Made by a program: the position numbers and the translations under genes
Notes under the pieces: model-generated
What the model saw: only the letters and a program-made list of their open reading frames with translations
Told to the model about the DNA's origin: nothing
The model's database searches: none
Source of the DNA: Patescibacteria group bacterium
GTDB lineage: Bacteria > Patescibacteriota > Gracilibacteria > UBA1369 > PNNO01
DNA: 42,446 bases
Assembly (NCBI GenBank): GCA_042568575.1
Contig: JBHPIO010000011.1
Coordinates: forward strand, 1-42,446
Direction: 5' to 3'
Shown here: in pieces, positions 7,402-15,723 of the stretch
Numbering within the stretch: the first letter of the stretch is position 1
How the letters are laid out: the number at the start of each line of letters is the position of its first letter

Positions 7402-8661
7402 ATGTGCCTCACAATCCCCGCAAAAGTAGTTGAAGTTAAAGGAGAAAAGGCTGTCATCCAAAAAAATGACAAGCTCCAGGAAATCGATATTCGTACGATC
7501 GAAAACCTTAAAGTAGATGACTGGGTTCTTTATATGTCTGATATTGCTGTGCAAAAAGTTACGCCAGAAGACGCAAAGGAAATTCTTGAGCTACTCGAGC
7601 ACGTACAAAAAACAGATCCTGAAAAACTTGATCCGAAGTTTGTTGAAGTCATTAAACATTCGAAACAGCGAAGGCTTAATAAAGACGAAATCGAGTATCT
7701 TCTTGAAACTGACGGACTTGAAAAAGAGGCTCTTTATAGCGAATCTGAGATGATTCGTCGAACGCACATTAAGGACTTCTTCTGCATTCACGGAATTATT
7801 GAATTTTCTAATTTCTGCCAAAATGACTGCCTCTATTGCGGCCTTCAAAAACAGAATACTGCTATTCGGCGTTATCGAATGCCTATTAATGAAATAGTTG
7901 ATGCAGCTGATGAGGCGGTTAATAAAAAGGGCTATAAGTTGCTAGTTCTTCAGTCTGGCGAAGATCCATATTACACAAAAGAAATGCTTGTTGAACTTAT
8001 TCAAAAAATCAAAGAGAAGTGTAAGGTCTTTATCTTCATGAGTATTGGTGAACGTGATTTTGAAACATACAAGGCAATGAAAGACGCAGGAGCAAGCGGC
8101 GTTCTATTTAGGTTTGAATCGTCTAATCCTGACTTGTTTAAGAAGATTCATCCGGACGGCAAGAGTCTCGAAAAACGTTTTGAGCATTTGAAGTTCATGA
8201 AAGATCTAAAATATTTCATAGCTTCTGGAGGGATTATTGGCATTCCTGGTCAAACTATTTCTGACCTTGCCAATGACATTATTACAATCCGCAATAATGA
8301 TTACGACATGGTTTCGATGGGACCTTTTGTGCCTTGCCCAAATACTCCTTATGCAAATGAAAAGCCCGGCGACATCGAAATGAATCTTAAAATGATTTCT
8401 ACTTTAAGGCTTGAATTAAACAATAAACGAATTCCAGTTGTTACGGCTTTGGAAACTCTCGATCCTGAAAAAGGTCGAAAAAGAGCAATCCAGGCGGGTG
8501 CAAATGCTTTAATGCTCAATGTTACTCCCGAGAAATACGCTCCGCATTACGAGATCTATAAACGAAAACAAGCGCTCGACAATGAGATGTGGGAAAAATA
8601 CGGGTTGTATAATTCTGATGAAAGTTACAAAATGCTTGAAGAAAAATTAACCATCGACTAA
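7402..8661 (+). CDS. HypC/HupF domain fused to a HydE-like radical SAM protein
   Basis: From ATG 7402, MCLTIPAKVVEV...VDDWVLY...AVQKVTPEDAKEILELL is HypC-like with Cys2. It continues in frame into GIIEFSNFCQNDCLYCGL, RYRM, VLQSGED, GIPGQT, MGPFVP.P.TP, GANALM.N.TP and Y.IY..K, which match the HydE family. Confidence 0.88.
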   Translation: MCLTIPAKVVEVKGEKAVIQKNDKLQEIDIRTIENLKVDDWVLYMSDIAVQKVTPEDAKEILELLEHVQKTDPEKLDPKFVEVIKHSKQRRLNKDEIEYLLETDGLEKEALYSESEMIRRTHIKDFFCIHGIIEFSNFCQNDCLYCGLQKQNTAIRRYRMPINEIVDAADEAVNKKGYKLLVLQSGEDPYYTKEMLVELIQKIKEKCKVFIFMSIGERDFETYKAMKDAGASGVLFRFESSNPDLFKKIHPDGKSLEKRFEHLKFMKDLKYFIASGGIIGIPGQTISDLANDIITIRNNDYDMVSMGPFVPCPNTPYANEKPGDIEMNLKMISTLRLELNNKRIPVVTALETLDPEKGRKRAIQAGANALMLNVTPEKYAPHYEIYKRKQALDNEMWEKYGLYNSDESYKMLEEKLTID

Positions 8662-10034
8662 TGTCTAAAACTTCACATATATTTGATGCGGATCAAATCA
8701 CGCATCTGGTAAGCTCAACGAAAAATCCTTCAAAGGATACTATTGAAAAAATTCTCCAAAAAGCCAAAAAAATGAGGGGCATCAATTTAGAAGAAGCCGC
8801 AACTTTAATAAACGCAGACAACCCTCATACAGAGGCAATGTTTAAAACGGCGGGATATATTAAAAACGAAATTTACGGAGAGCGGCTGGTTTTATTCGCT
8901 CCTCTTTATATTTCCAATTACTGCATCAACGACTGTGATTATTGTGGATTTCATGCAAGAAATAAACAAAAACGAATTAAGCTTTCTTTAAAGGAGGTTG
9001 AAGAACAAACACGAATTTTGATCAACATGGGGCATAAAAGATTGCTTCTTGAATTTGGGGAGCATCCGGTTGAAGCACCAATCGATTATATAATTGATGT
9101 TATTAAAACTATTTATAGCGTTAAGGAAGGACGCGGAGAGATTCGTCGTTTGAATGTAAATATTGCTGCGACTACAGTTGAGGACTACAAGAAACTGAAA
9201 GCAGCTGAAATTGGAACGTATCAACTTTTCCAGGAAACATATGATCGGGAAACTTATGAGAGACTTCACAAAGGTCCAAAAGGAGATTTTGAAAGGCAGC
9301 TTTTTGCGCATGATAGAGCGTTTGAAGGCGGAATTGATGATGTGGGGCTTGGGGTGCTTTATGGACTTTACGATTGGAAATTCGATACACTTGCTCTTCT
9401 TTCACATGCGTTTTATTTGGATAAGAAATATGGAGTTGGACCTCATACTTTTTCTGTGCCACGCCTCCAATCTGCACCTACTGTTGATGAAGACTGGCCT
9501 TATGAGGTTACTGAGGATGAACTGCTTAAAATAATAGCTATTTTGCGAATGGCAGTACCTTATACCGGCATGATTATTTCAACGCGTGAAAGGGCTGAAA
9601 TTCGTGAGAAGGCGTTTGAACTTGGCATTTCTCAAACAAGTGCTGCGTCGCAAACATCACCGGGTGGATATGGAAAAGAAGAAGCGCTGAATCAATTTAC
9701 AACGTCTGATGAAAGAAGTGTCGATGAAGTAATTGAGAAAATCCTAGATGATGGATTTATGCCGAGTTTTTGCACGGCCTGTTATCGTTTAGGACGGACT
9801 GGCCAGGACTTTATGGATATTGCAAAACCTGGAGAAATTCATAATTTCTGCAGGCCAAATGCGATTCTTACGTTAAAAGAGTATTTGGAGGATTATGCAT
9901 CTGAGCGCTCAAAAGCAAAAGGACTTAAAATAATCGATAAATATGTGGAAAAGATTCCTTCAAATTCTGTTCGTGAAAAAACTGTAAACAGGCTGAAGTT
10001 AATTGAAAAAGGTGAAAGAGATTTATACTTCTAA
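8661..10034 (+). CDS. hydG: [FeFe]-hydrogenase H-cluster radical SAM maturase HydG
   Basis: FAPLYISNYCINDCDYCGF, IGTYQLFQETY, GPHTFSVPR (dangler-Fe His) and the C-terminal CX2CX22C motif (FCTACYRLGRTG...HNFC), ending GERDLYF. TAATG overlap with the upstream gene. Confidence 0.94.
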   Translation: MSKTSHIFDADQITHLVSSTKNPSKDTIEKILQKAKKMRGINLEEAATLINADNPHTEAMFKTAGYIKNEIYGERLVLFAPLYISNYCINDCDYCGFHARNKQKRIKLSLKEVEEQTRILINMGHKRLLLEFGEHPVEAPIDYIIDVIKTIYSVKEGRGEIRRLNVNIAATTVEDYKKLKAAEIGTYQLFQETYDRETYERLHKGPKGDFERQLFAHDRAFEGGIDDVGLGVLYGLYDWKFDTLALLSHAFYLDKKYGVGPHTFSVPRLQSAPTVDEDWPYEVTEDELLKIIAILRMAVPYTGMIISTRERAEIREKAFELGISQTSAASQTSPGGYGKEEALNQFTTSDERSVDEVIEKILDDGFMPSFCTACYRLGRTGQDFMDIAKPGEIHNFCRPNAILTLKEYLEDYASERSKAKGLKIIDKYVEKIPSNSVREKTVNRLKLIEKGERDLYF

Positions 10035-10035
10035 T

Positions 10036-10064
10036 TTGACAATTTTGAACTTTGTGGCTAAAAT
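10036..10064 (+). promoter_or_regulatory. Sigma70 promoter
   Basis: TTGACA-17 nt-TAAAAT immediately after the hydG stop. Confidence 0.7.
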
Positions 10065-10090
10065 TCGCTCCTTGGAAATTAATATCTAAA

Positions 10091-11272
10091 ATGATTGAAG
10101 AAAGCTTGAAAGACCCTGGGAGCAGGAGTAGTAGTGAAAAAAATGGCCATGACCCTGAGCTGCATGAAATTGCAGAGGAATGTGATAGAAATCCAGTAAA
10201 TATATTTGGAGAAGAAACTGGCAATGAAGCAGGTGAGGTTATACAGGCAATTTATGGAATTCCTAATAGCCACTTTGATCAACCGTTAAACTCGCTTGGT
10301 GTTATTCCAGAAGGAATGTACGCTGCAAGTTGCGATGAAGACAGAAGCCTCCGAGATGATGTCCCTGGTGGACTTGTTGAACATGAAGGTGTGATTTTTT
10401 ATGCAACAACCGATCACGGAGTGCTAAGAAGCTGTGACGAACGAAAACCGCACAATGACGATGCATATTTTGTGATTCCTGAACAAAAAACGATTGGTGC
10501 TGCAGATGGCGTTAGTGGGAACCCAAAAAGAAATGATAAAGGACGTATGGCAGCTTCGGTTGCAACACTTGCAGCACTAATGGAAGCGCACCTTGATCTA
10601 CCGATGAGAAAATTAATAGAAATAATGCATGGAGCCGCTTTAAAACATAGATTATTTATAAGAGATCAATGGAAAAAACAAAAACAAAAAAAGGAAAAAG
10701 AGCCTCCAAAAAACTTAACTACAAGCACCGTAGCTCGCCTTAATAATAACAACGTTATTGAGTGTGCAAGTATAGGAAATACACGAGCGTTAGTTATTAG
10801 AGGGGAAAAAGCTCATCGCCTAACTTATGATCACACGATGCTAAATAGCAAAATGGGACATATGGAAATAACTGAAGAGCAAGCTTTTCGTATATTCGGA
10901 CCTTTCGCAATTCGTATGAAAAACAACCTTGTACAAGCGCTTGGGAGTGATGAAAATTTGCATCCTGGCGAAGATCCTGATTCTAATATAAAGCATGTGA
11001 ATATCAAACCTTTCTATGAAACGTTTCAGGCTCAAGGTGGGGATGTTTTATTAATATGTTCGGATGGAGTTACAGATGTTATGACTGACGACGAAATCGC
11101 TGAGTTTGTTTATGAAAGGAGACAAAAAAACATGTCTCTAGCAGAAATAATTGATGAACTTAAAGAGCATGTAATTTATCTAATGAAATACAGTCGCAAT
11201 GGGGATCATGAATATCCAAATAAACACGATGGCGACAACATTGTGATAGTCGGACTCGTTGTTCCGGAATAA
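10091..11272 (+). CDS. PP2C/PPM-family protein phosphatase-like protein with N-terminal extension
   Basis: Motifs HNDDA, AADGVSG, SIGNTRA (GDSR variant), LTYDH, QALG, ICSDGVTD and DGDNI. Confidence 0.85.
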   Translation: MIEESLKDPGSRSSSEKNGHDPELHEIAEECDRNPVNIFGEETGNEAGEVIQAIYGIPNSHFDQPLNSLGVIPEGMYAASCDEDRSLRDDVPGGLVEHEGVIFYATTDHGVLRSCDERKPHNDDAYFVIPEQKTIGAADGVSGNPKRNDKGRMAASVATLAALMEAHLDLPMRKLIEIMHGAALKHRLFIRDQWKKQKQKKEKEPPKNLTTSTVARLNNNNVIECASIGNTRALVIRGEKAHRLTYDHTMLNSKMGHMEITEEQAFRIFGPFAIRMKNNLVQALGSDENLHPGEDPDSNIKHVNIKPFYETFQAQGGDVLLICSDGVTDVMTDDEIAEFVYERRQKNMSLAEIIDELKEHVIYLMKYSRNGDHEYPNKHDGDNIVIVGLVVPE

Positions 11273-11323
11273 TTATTTCTAAAATGTTGCGAAGGATGTC
11301 TTTTTGATATATCTTATTCATCG

Positions 11324-11854
11324 ATGTCTGAACAACAAAAAAAATTAAAAATAGGCTGGTTTTCCTTTACGTGCTGTGAAGATTCAACAATCATGTTCAC
11401 AGAAATGTTGAACGACCATTTTTTTGCGTGGTCTAAAATTATTGAATTTAGACATGCAAATATCCTCAAAAGTAAAAATGAGATGTCTGATATCGATGTA
11501 GCTTTTGTTGAAGGAGCTATCGCTTCTGATCGCGATAAAGAAAAACTTTTAAAAATCCGAGACGTTTCTAAGTATATTGTTGCAATTGGATCTTGCGCTG
11601 TAACAGGCCTTCCAACAGGACATCGAAACAATTTCAGCGAAGAAATGAAAGAAGAAATTTCGCCTTATCTAAAGCAATTTCATCAAAGTGCACGTGTATA
11701 TGCCCTTCACGAACTTATCCAAGTAGACGATAAAGTAGCAGGCTGCCCAATGATCGAAGCACAATTCGTAGTAGCCATCGACAAATATCTAAAAATGTTC
11801 AAAGTCATCTCCGAAGATGATTCAATAATCAACCACAAAAATGCATCAGATTAA
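11324..11854 (+). CDS. [NiFe]-hydrogenase small subunit (short, proximal-cluster-only; group 3 delta/HoxY-like)
   Basis: WFSFTCCEDS, DVAFVEGA, VAIGSCAVTG and VDDKVAGCP motifs. 176 aa, overlaps the large subunit start. Confidence 0.88.
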   Translation: MSEQQKKLKIGWFSFTCCEDSTIMFTEMLNDHFFAWSKIIEFRHANILKSKNEMSDIDVAFVEGAIASDRDKEKLLKIRDVSKYIVAIGSCAVTGLPTGHRNNFSEEMKEEISPYLKQFHQSARVYALHELIQVDDKVAGCPMIEAQFVVAIDKYLKMFKVISEDDSIINHKNASD

Positions 11855-13154
11855 TATATCGATTGAAGGATTATCTAAAATTGAAGGACATCTGGATATG
11901 GATGTTGTTATTAAGGATAACAAGATTACAGATGTTGAATTTAAGATTATGGAGAATAAGAGATTTTTTGAAAAAGCAATTCTTGGGAAGCCTTTCAATC
12001 AGGTTCCACAGCTGCTTTCACGTATTTGCGGAACGTGCAGTATTGCGCATCTCCTAGGTGCAATTGAAGCTGTTGAAGACGCTCTTGATTACAAGCCATC
12101 CGAACAGACAATGATATTAAGAAAGCTTCTCACATATGGACTGATGATACGCGATCACGCACTTCATCTTTATATCTTCACATTGCCGGATGTTATCGGC
12201 AAGGATTCGATTCTTGATTTTGACGAGAATGACGAGAGAGAACACAAATTGCTCCACGACATGTTTGACGTAAAACGTGCCGGAAACAACTTATCTACAA
12301 TCATAGGAGGACGTGCAGTACATGCGCCTTTCCCAATGCCCGGAGGGTTCGTTAAATATCCAACTCAAGAAGAGCTGGAAGCTTCACGCAAAGAGCTTTT
12401 AGAAATGCGTGAAAAAATTCTCTACCTACTTCAGGTTTTCGATGAATGTGATTTCAGTCTTGAAAGAAAAACTAAATTCGTAGGTCTTAAAACTGAAGAT
12501 TATAGTTTCTTGGATGGTCCTGCATTATGTAGTGAAGGAAATTTTTGTGTTCCAGAAAAGAGTTTTAGAGATCAATTAAAAGAAGTTGTAATCCCCTACT
12601 CAACAGCTAAGGCATACACTTTGCAGGGCGAAGAATACATGGTTGGAGCTCTAGCTCGAATGAATGTAAATCGAGAGGCTCTCCACCCAAATACTCAAAA
12701 AGATGCAAAGAAATATATAGACAGATTTCCTTCAATTGACGTTTATCATAACAACCTTGCACAGGCTATCGAGACTCTTCATTCGATAGATCATGCAGTT
12801 GAGATTCTTGAAACACTAAAGATCACGCCTGTTCCACCGGATAAGCTTACTCCAAAAGCAGGTGAAGGAGTGGGAGTTCTTGAAGCACCTCGTGGAACTT
12901 TGTATCACTATGTTGCTACTGACGCTGAAGGAATTATTACAAAAGCTGAAGTTGTGGTTCCAACTGCGCAAAATCAAATCAATATTGAAAATGATATTCG
13001 CGCACTAGTCCAACTACATCTTGATAAGGATGGAGAGAATATGGATAAAGATCTAGTTCGCTTTGAAATCGAGAAGTTAATTCGCGCATACGACCCATGT
13101 ATGAGTTGTGCAACTCACTTTTTGAAGATTAATTGGCAAATTCATGGAAGTTAA
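11841..13154 (+). CDS. [NiFe]-hydrogenase large subunit (group 3b-related)
   Basis: KIEGH, L1 motif SRICGTCSIAH, HALHLY, EAPRGTLYH, VVPTAQN and L2 motif RAYDPCMSCATH, plus an 11-aa C-terminal extension. Confidence 0.95.
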   Translation: MHQINISIEGLSKIEGHLDMDVVIKDNKITDVEFKIMENKRFFEKAILGKPFNQVPQLLSRICGTCSIAHLLGAIEAVEDALDYKPSEQTMILRKLLTYGLMIRDHALHLYIFTLPDVIGKDSILDFDENDEREHKLLHDMFDVKRAGNNLSTIIGGRAVHAPFPMPGGFVKYPTQEELEASRKELLEMREKILYLLQVFDECDFSLERKTKFVGLKTEDYSFLDGPALCSEGNFCVPEKSFRDQLKEVVIPYSTAKAYTLQGEEYMVGALARMNVNREALHPNTQKDAKKYIDRFPSIDVYHNNLAQAIETLHSIDHAVEILETLKITPVPPDKLTPKAGEGVGVLEAPRGTLYHYVATDAEGIITKAEVVVPTAQNQINIENDIRALVQLHLDKDGENMDKDLVRFEIEKLIRAYDPCMSCATHFLKINWQIHGS

Positions 13155-13620
13155 ATTTCGCACAGCAGGCTTAGGCGATATTAAGGATCTACAAACCCTT
13201 AAGTACGATCTTTGGAAGTATGAAGACGATAATTTTTGCGATATCACAGATCCAAATTATGCAAAAACAGATAAATATGCTGAAGATCTAAAAAAACAAA
13301 TAGAAGACCCTGGTTTTGCAATTATTGTTGCTGAGTATGAAGATGAGATAATTGGTGCCGTTTATGGCGAAGTCTTTGAAGCGACAAAATATAAAAGGAT
13401 CAAAATTGACTCCGAACTGATGAGTCTTTACGTGAAGGAAGAGCATCGAAATAAGAAGATCGGAGCAAAACTTGTTGATGAGTTTACTAAATGGGCAAAA
13501 AGCAAAAACGCAGATCAGATTAAGGTAGAACCTTATTATAATAATGAGGGATCCTTAAGATTCTATGAACGCGAGGGTTTTGAAGGTTATGTTGTTATGT
13601 TGAGGAAGAAGCTGAAATAA
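13144..13620 (+). CDS. GNAT family N-acetyltransferase
   Basis: LYVKEEHRNKKIGAKLV and NNEGSLRFYEREGF motifs. Confidence 0.9.
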   Translation: MEVKFRTAGLGDIKDLQTLKYDLWKYEDDNFCDITDPNYAKTDKYAEDLKKQIEDPGFAIIVAEYEDEIIGAVYGEVFEATKYKRIKIDSELMSLYVKEEHRNKKIGAKLVDEFTKWAKSKNADQIKVEPYYNNEGSLRFYEREGFEGYVVMLRKKLK

Positions 13621-13697
13621 TCTAGGATACACACCTATCTAGATTGGCAAAATCGCCTTTTTGTGCTATTCTATTAAGAATTACTAATCAAGTATTT

Positions 13698-14336
13698 ATG
13701 AATGCTGAACCAGCACATGGTGAGTCTAGTGAATCTCAAGATTCACTTATAAATAAACTCATCGATAGAACATTTGAAGTCCTTGGACAAGCAGATGCTA
13801 ATCAAGAACAGAGAGAAGAATTAGCAAAACAAGTCGTTGAAAAGCTAAGTGAATATGATGAAGAAACTGCACATGAAGCTTTATTAAGAATGACAGACAG
13901 TCTTAATCCCGGCGAAATTGATAACGAAGCACATATGCTTATGTTTCTTGGATGGGAAGCTAATGCAATTCTTGATGAAAAAAAGCCACCTATTGAGCTC
14001 GATGAGGGAGATGAAGTTATTGCTGAACACGCAATCGCAAAACTTAAAGGATTACGAACAGTTAATATAAATGTCTTTTCCGATGTAAGTGAAGCCCTCG
14101 ATACGATAATTAGCACTGAAATATCTCCTGATATAGAAGATAACGAAGCAGTATTCCCAGAAATCGAAGATAGTATGACTTTTGGGGAAGCAAAAGAAAT
14201 CATATCTAAAAATGCGCCACTTTTGGCTATTAGGCCAAATACAACAACTGCAGACATAGATTACAGACTCCTTGGAACGATTCGTGATCGAATGGAGGAT
14301 GAAATTGGACAAGATATTGAACAAAGTAGGAATTAA
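13698..14336 (+). CDS. Hypothetical acidic protein (paralog A)
   Basis: N-terminus DSLINKLIDRT..LGQADA...EALLRM.DSL is shared with the downstream gene. It has its own promoter-like upstream sequence. Confidence 0.7.
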   Translation: MNAEPAHGESSESQDSLINKLIDRTFEVLGQADANQEQREELAKQVVEKLSEYDEETAHEALLRMTDSLNPGEIDNEAHMLMFLGWEANAILDEKKPPIELDEGDEVIAEHAIAKLKGLRTVNINVFSDVSEALDTIISTEISPDIEDNEAVFPEIEDSMTFGEAKEIISKNAPLLAIRPNTTTADIDYRLLGTIRDRMEDEIGQDIEQSRN

Positions 14337-14417
14337 ATAAATTCTTCCGGCGGAACTCTTATGATTTGCAAAATTATCTTTTTGTGCTATATAAGATGAG
14401 ACATTATTCCAGAATTT

Positions 14418-15059
14418 ATGACTGCAGAACTTGCACATTGTGAAAATAACGAATCTAACGAATCTACGGATTCGCTTGTAACTAAATTGGTTGATAGAAC
14501 ATTAGAATCTTTGGGGCAGGCAGACGCTCAAAATAGCCAAAAAGAAGAATTAGGTCTTTTCATAGAAGCAGAATTACATGGTTTCGACGCAGATACCGCA
14601 AGAGATGCGCTTCTAAGAATGAGGCATAGCTTAATGCCAGATTCTCCTAACTTTCAACAAATTGCAAGTGCAAAAATGATGCTTCAATTGCTTAAAAGAG
14701 AAGCTTTAGAACTTAGAGAAGCAAGGCAAACTCCAAATGAACTCCCAAACTTAAATGAATTGAAAATAAATCAAGGACTATCAAGACTCAAAGAATTGCT
14801 TGTAATGGATGAAGAAGCATATAATCGTGTTTATAGCGCGTTAGAGCAATTTACAACAATTCTAATTGAGGACTATCAAGAAAATGACCAACCAATTTTA
14901 GAAGATGTAGGATGGGAAACTTTTGGAGAAGTTAAGCTTACCTTGGAATATCATATGCCATTTCTGTGCATAACTTTCTTAACAAGACCCACTGAAATAA
15001 ATATTGAAATATTGTCAGAAATTCTAGACCGTTTTAATGAAGACGCTGATTTGGCTTAG
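14418..15059 (+). CDS. Hypothetical acidic protein (paralog B)
   Basis: DSLVTKLVDRT..LGQADA...DALLRM.HSL and TFGEVK match paralog A. Confidence 0.7.
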   Translation: MTAELAHCENNESNESTDSLVTKLVDRTLESLGQADAQNSQKEELGLFIEAELHGFDADTARDALLRMRHSLMPDSPNFQQIASAKMMLQLLKREALELREARQTPNELPNLNELKINQGLSRLKELLVMDEEAYNRVYSALEQFTTILIEDYQENDQPILEDVGWETFGEVKLTLEYHMPFLCITFLTRPTEINIEILSEILDRFNEDADLA

Positions 15060-15404
15060 AATATCATTAGTATTTCCTTCCGGCGGCACCCCGATTATTT
15101 TCACCTCGTTAATCATTCTTAGTTTTTTGTACAGTTTAAGTTGCCATCCAAGATCAAAGTCATGCATGGAATATGGCTTTTCTGTAACGAAATCCTCGAC
15201 TTTTGTAAAAACGTGAGGCTTTTTTAAACCCTCAACTGTATCTATTAGAACTAGTTCATCGGTGTCTTCTGGAAGGTTTTCGGTTGGATCAAATTCCCTA
15301 AAATCGATTTCCGGAAAAGCTTCACGCAATTGCGATGCAAGTTTGAGTGGCATTGAATCTTCTTCAACAAGTAGATTCCCAACTAGATATATTATTTGAG
15401 ACAT
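15024..15404 (-). CDS. Divergent hydrogenase maturation protease-like protein (HycI/HybD fold)
   Basis: VGNLLVEEDS (cf. GxGNxLxxDDG), LVLIDTV, SMHDFDL (cf. SxH) and IIGVP motifs. It lies close to a large subunit that has a cleavable tail. Confidence 0.7.
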   Translation of the reverse strand: MSQIIYLVGNLLVEEDSMPLKLASQLREAFPEIDFREFDPTENLPEDTDELVLIDTVEGLKKPHVFTKVEDFVTEKPYSMHDFDLGWQLKLYKKLRMINEVKIIGVPPEGNTNDILSQISVFIKTV

Positions 15405-15492
15405 TTTATGAAATTTTTATATTCCTCCCGGGAGGACATTGACATATTTACTATATTTATTTAATATCGATTCTCGTACTAACACAACTATT

Positions 15493-15723
15493 ATGACTAA
15501 AGAAGTATCAACTTGTCCACAACTTATTACAACAGAACCATTTCAACTACATCCAAAACCTACTATAAAAGCAGATGGTGAGATAGTAAGTGTAAGTAAA
15601 CTACAAACTCCAGAGTGTAGAGCCATGTCCCATTGTAGCGATACAATTAGAATAGATTTTAATCATGCAGTAAAAGTTTGCATGAGTGATGATCATGTAA
15701 ATTGTCCTCAATTCAGAGGCTAG
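15493..15723 (+). CDS. Small hypothetical Cys-containing protein
   Basis: TTGACA at 15439 precedes the ATG at 15493. The stop overlaps that of the convergent gene. Confidence 0.45.
   Translation: MTKEVSTCPQLITTEPFQLHPKPTIKADGEIVSVSKLQTPECRAMSHCSDTIRIDFNHAVKVCMSDDHVNCPQFRG

Noticed and set aside
8661-10034. ThiH (thiazole biosynthesis tyrosine lyase) as an alternative call
   Set aside because: It has the HydG-specific C-terminal CX2CX22C extension and the PHT His, is adjacent to a HydE-like gene, and has no thi genes nearby.
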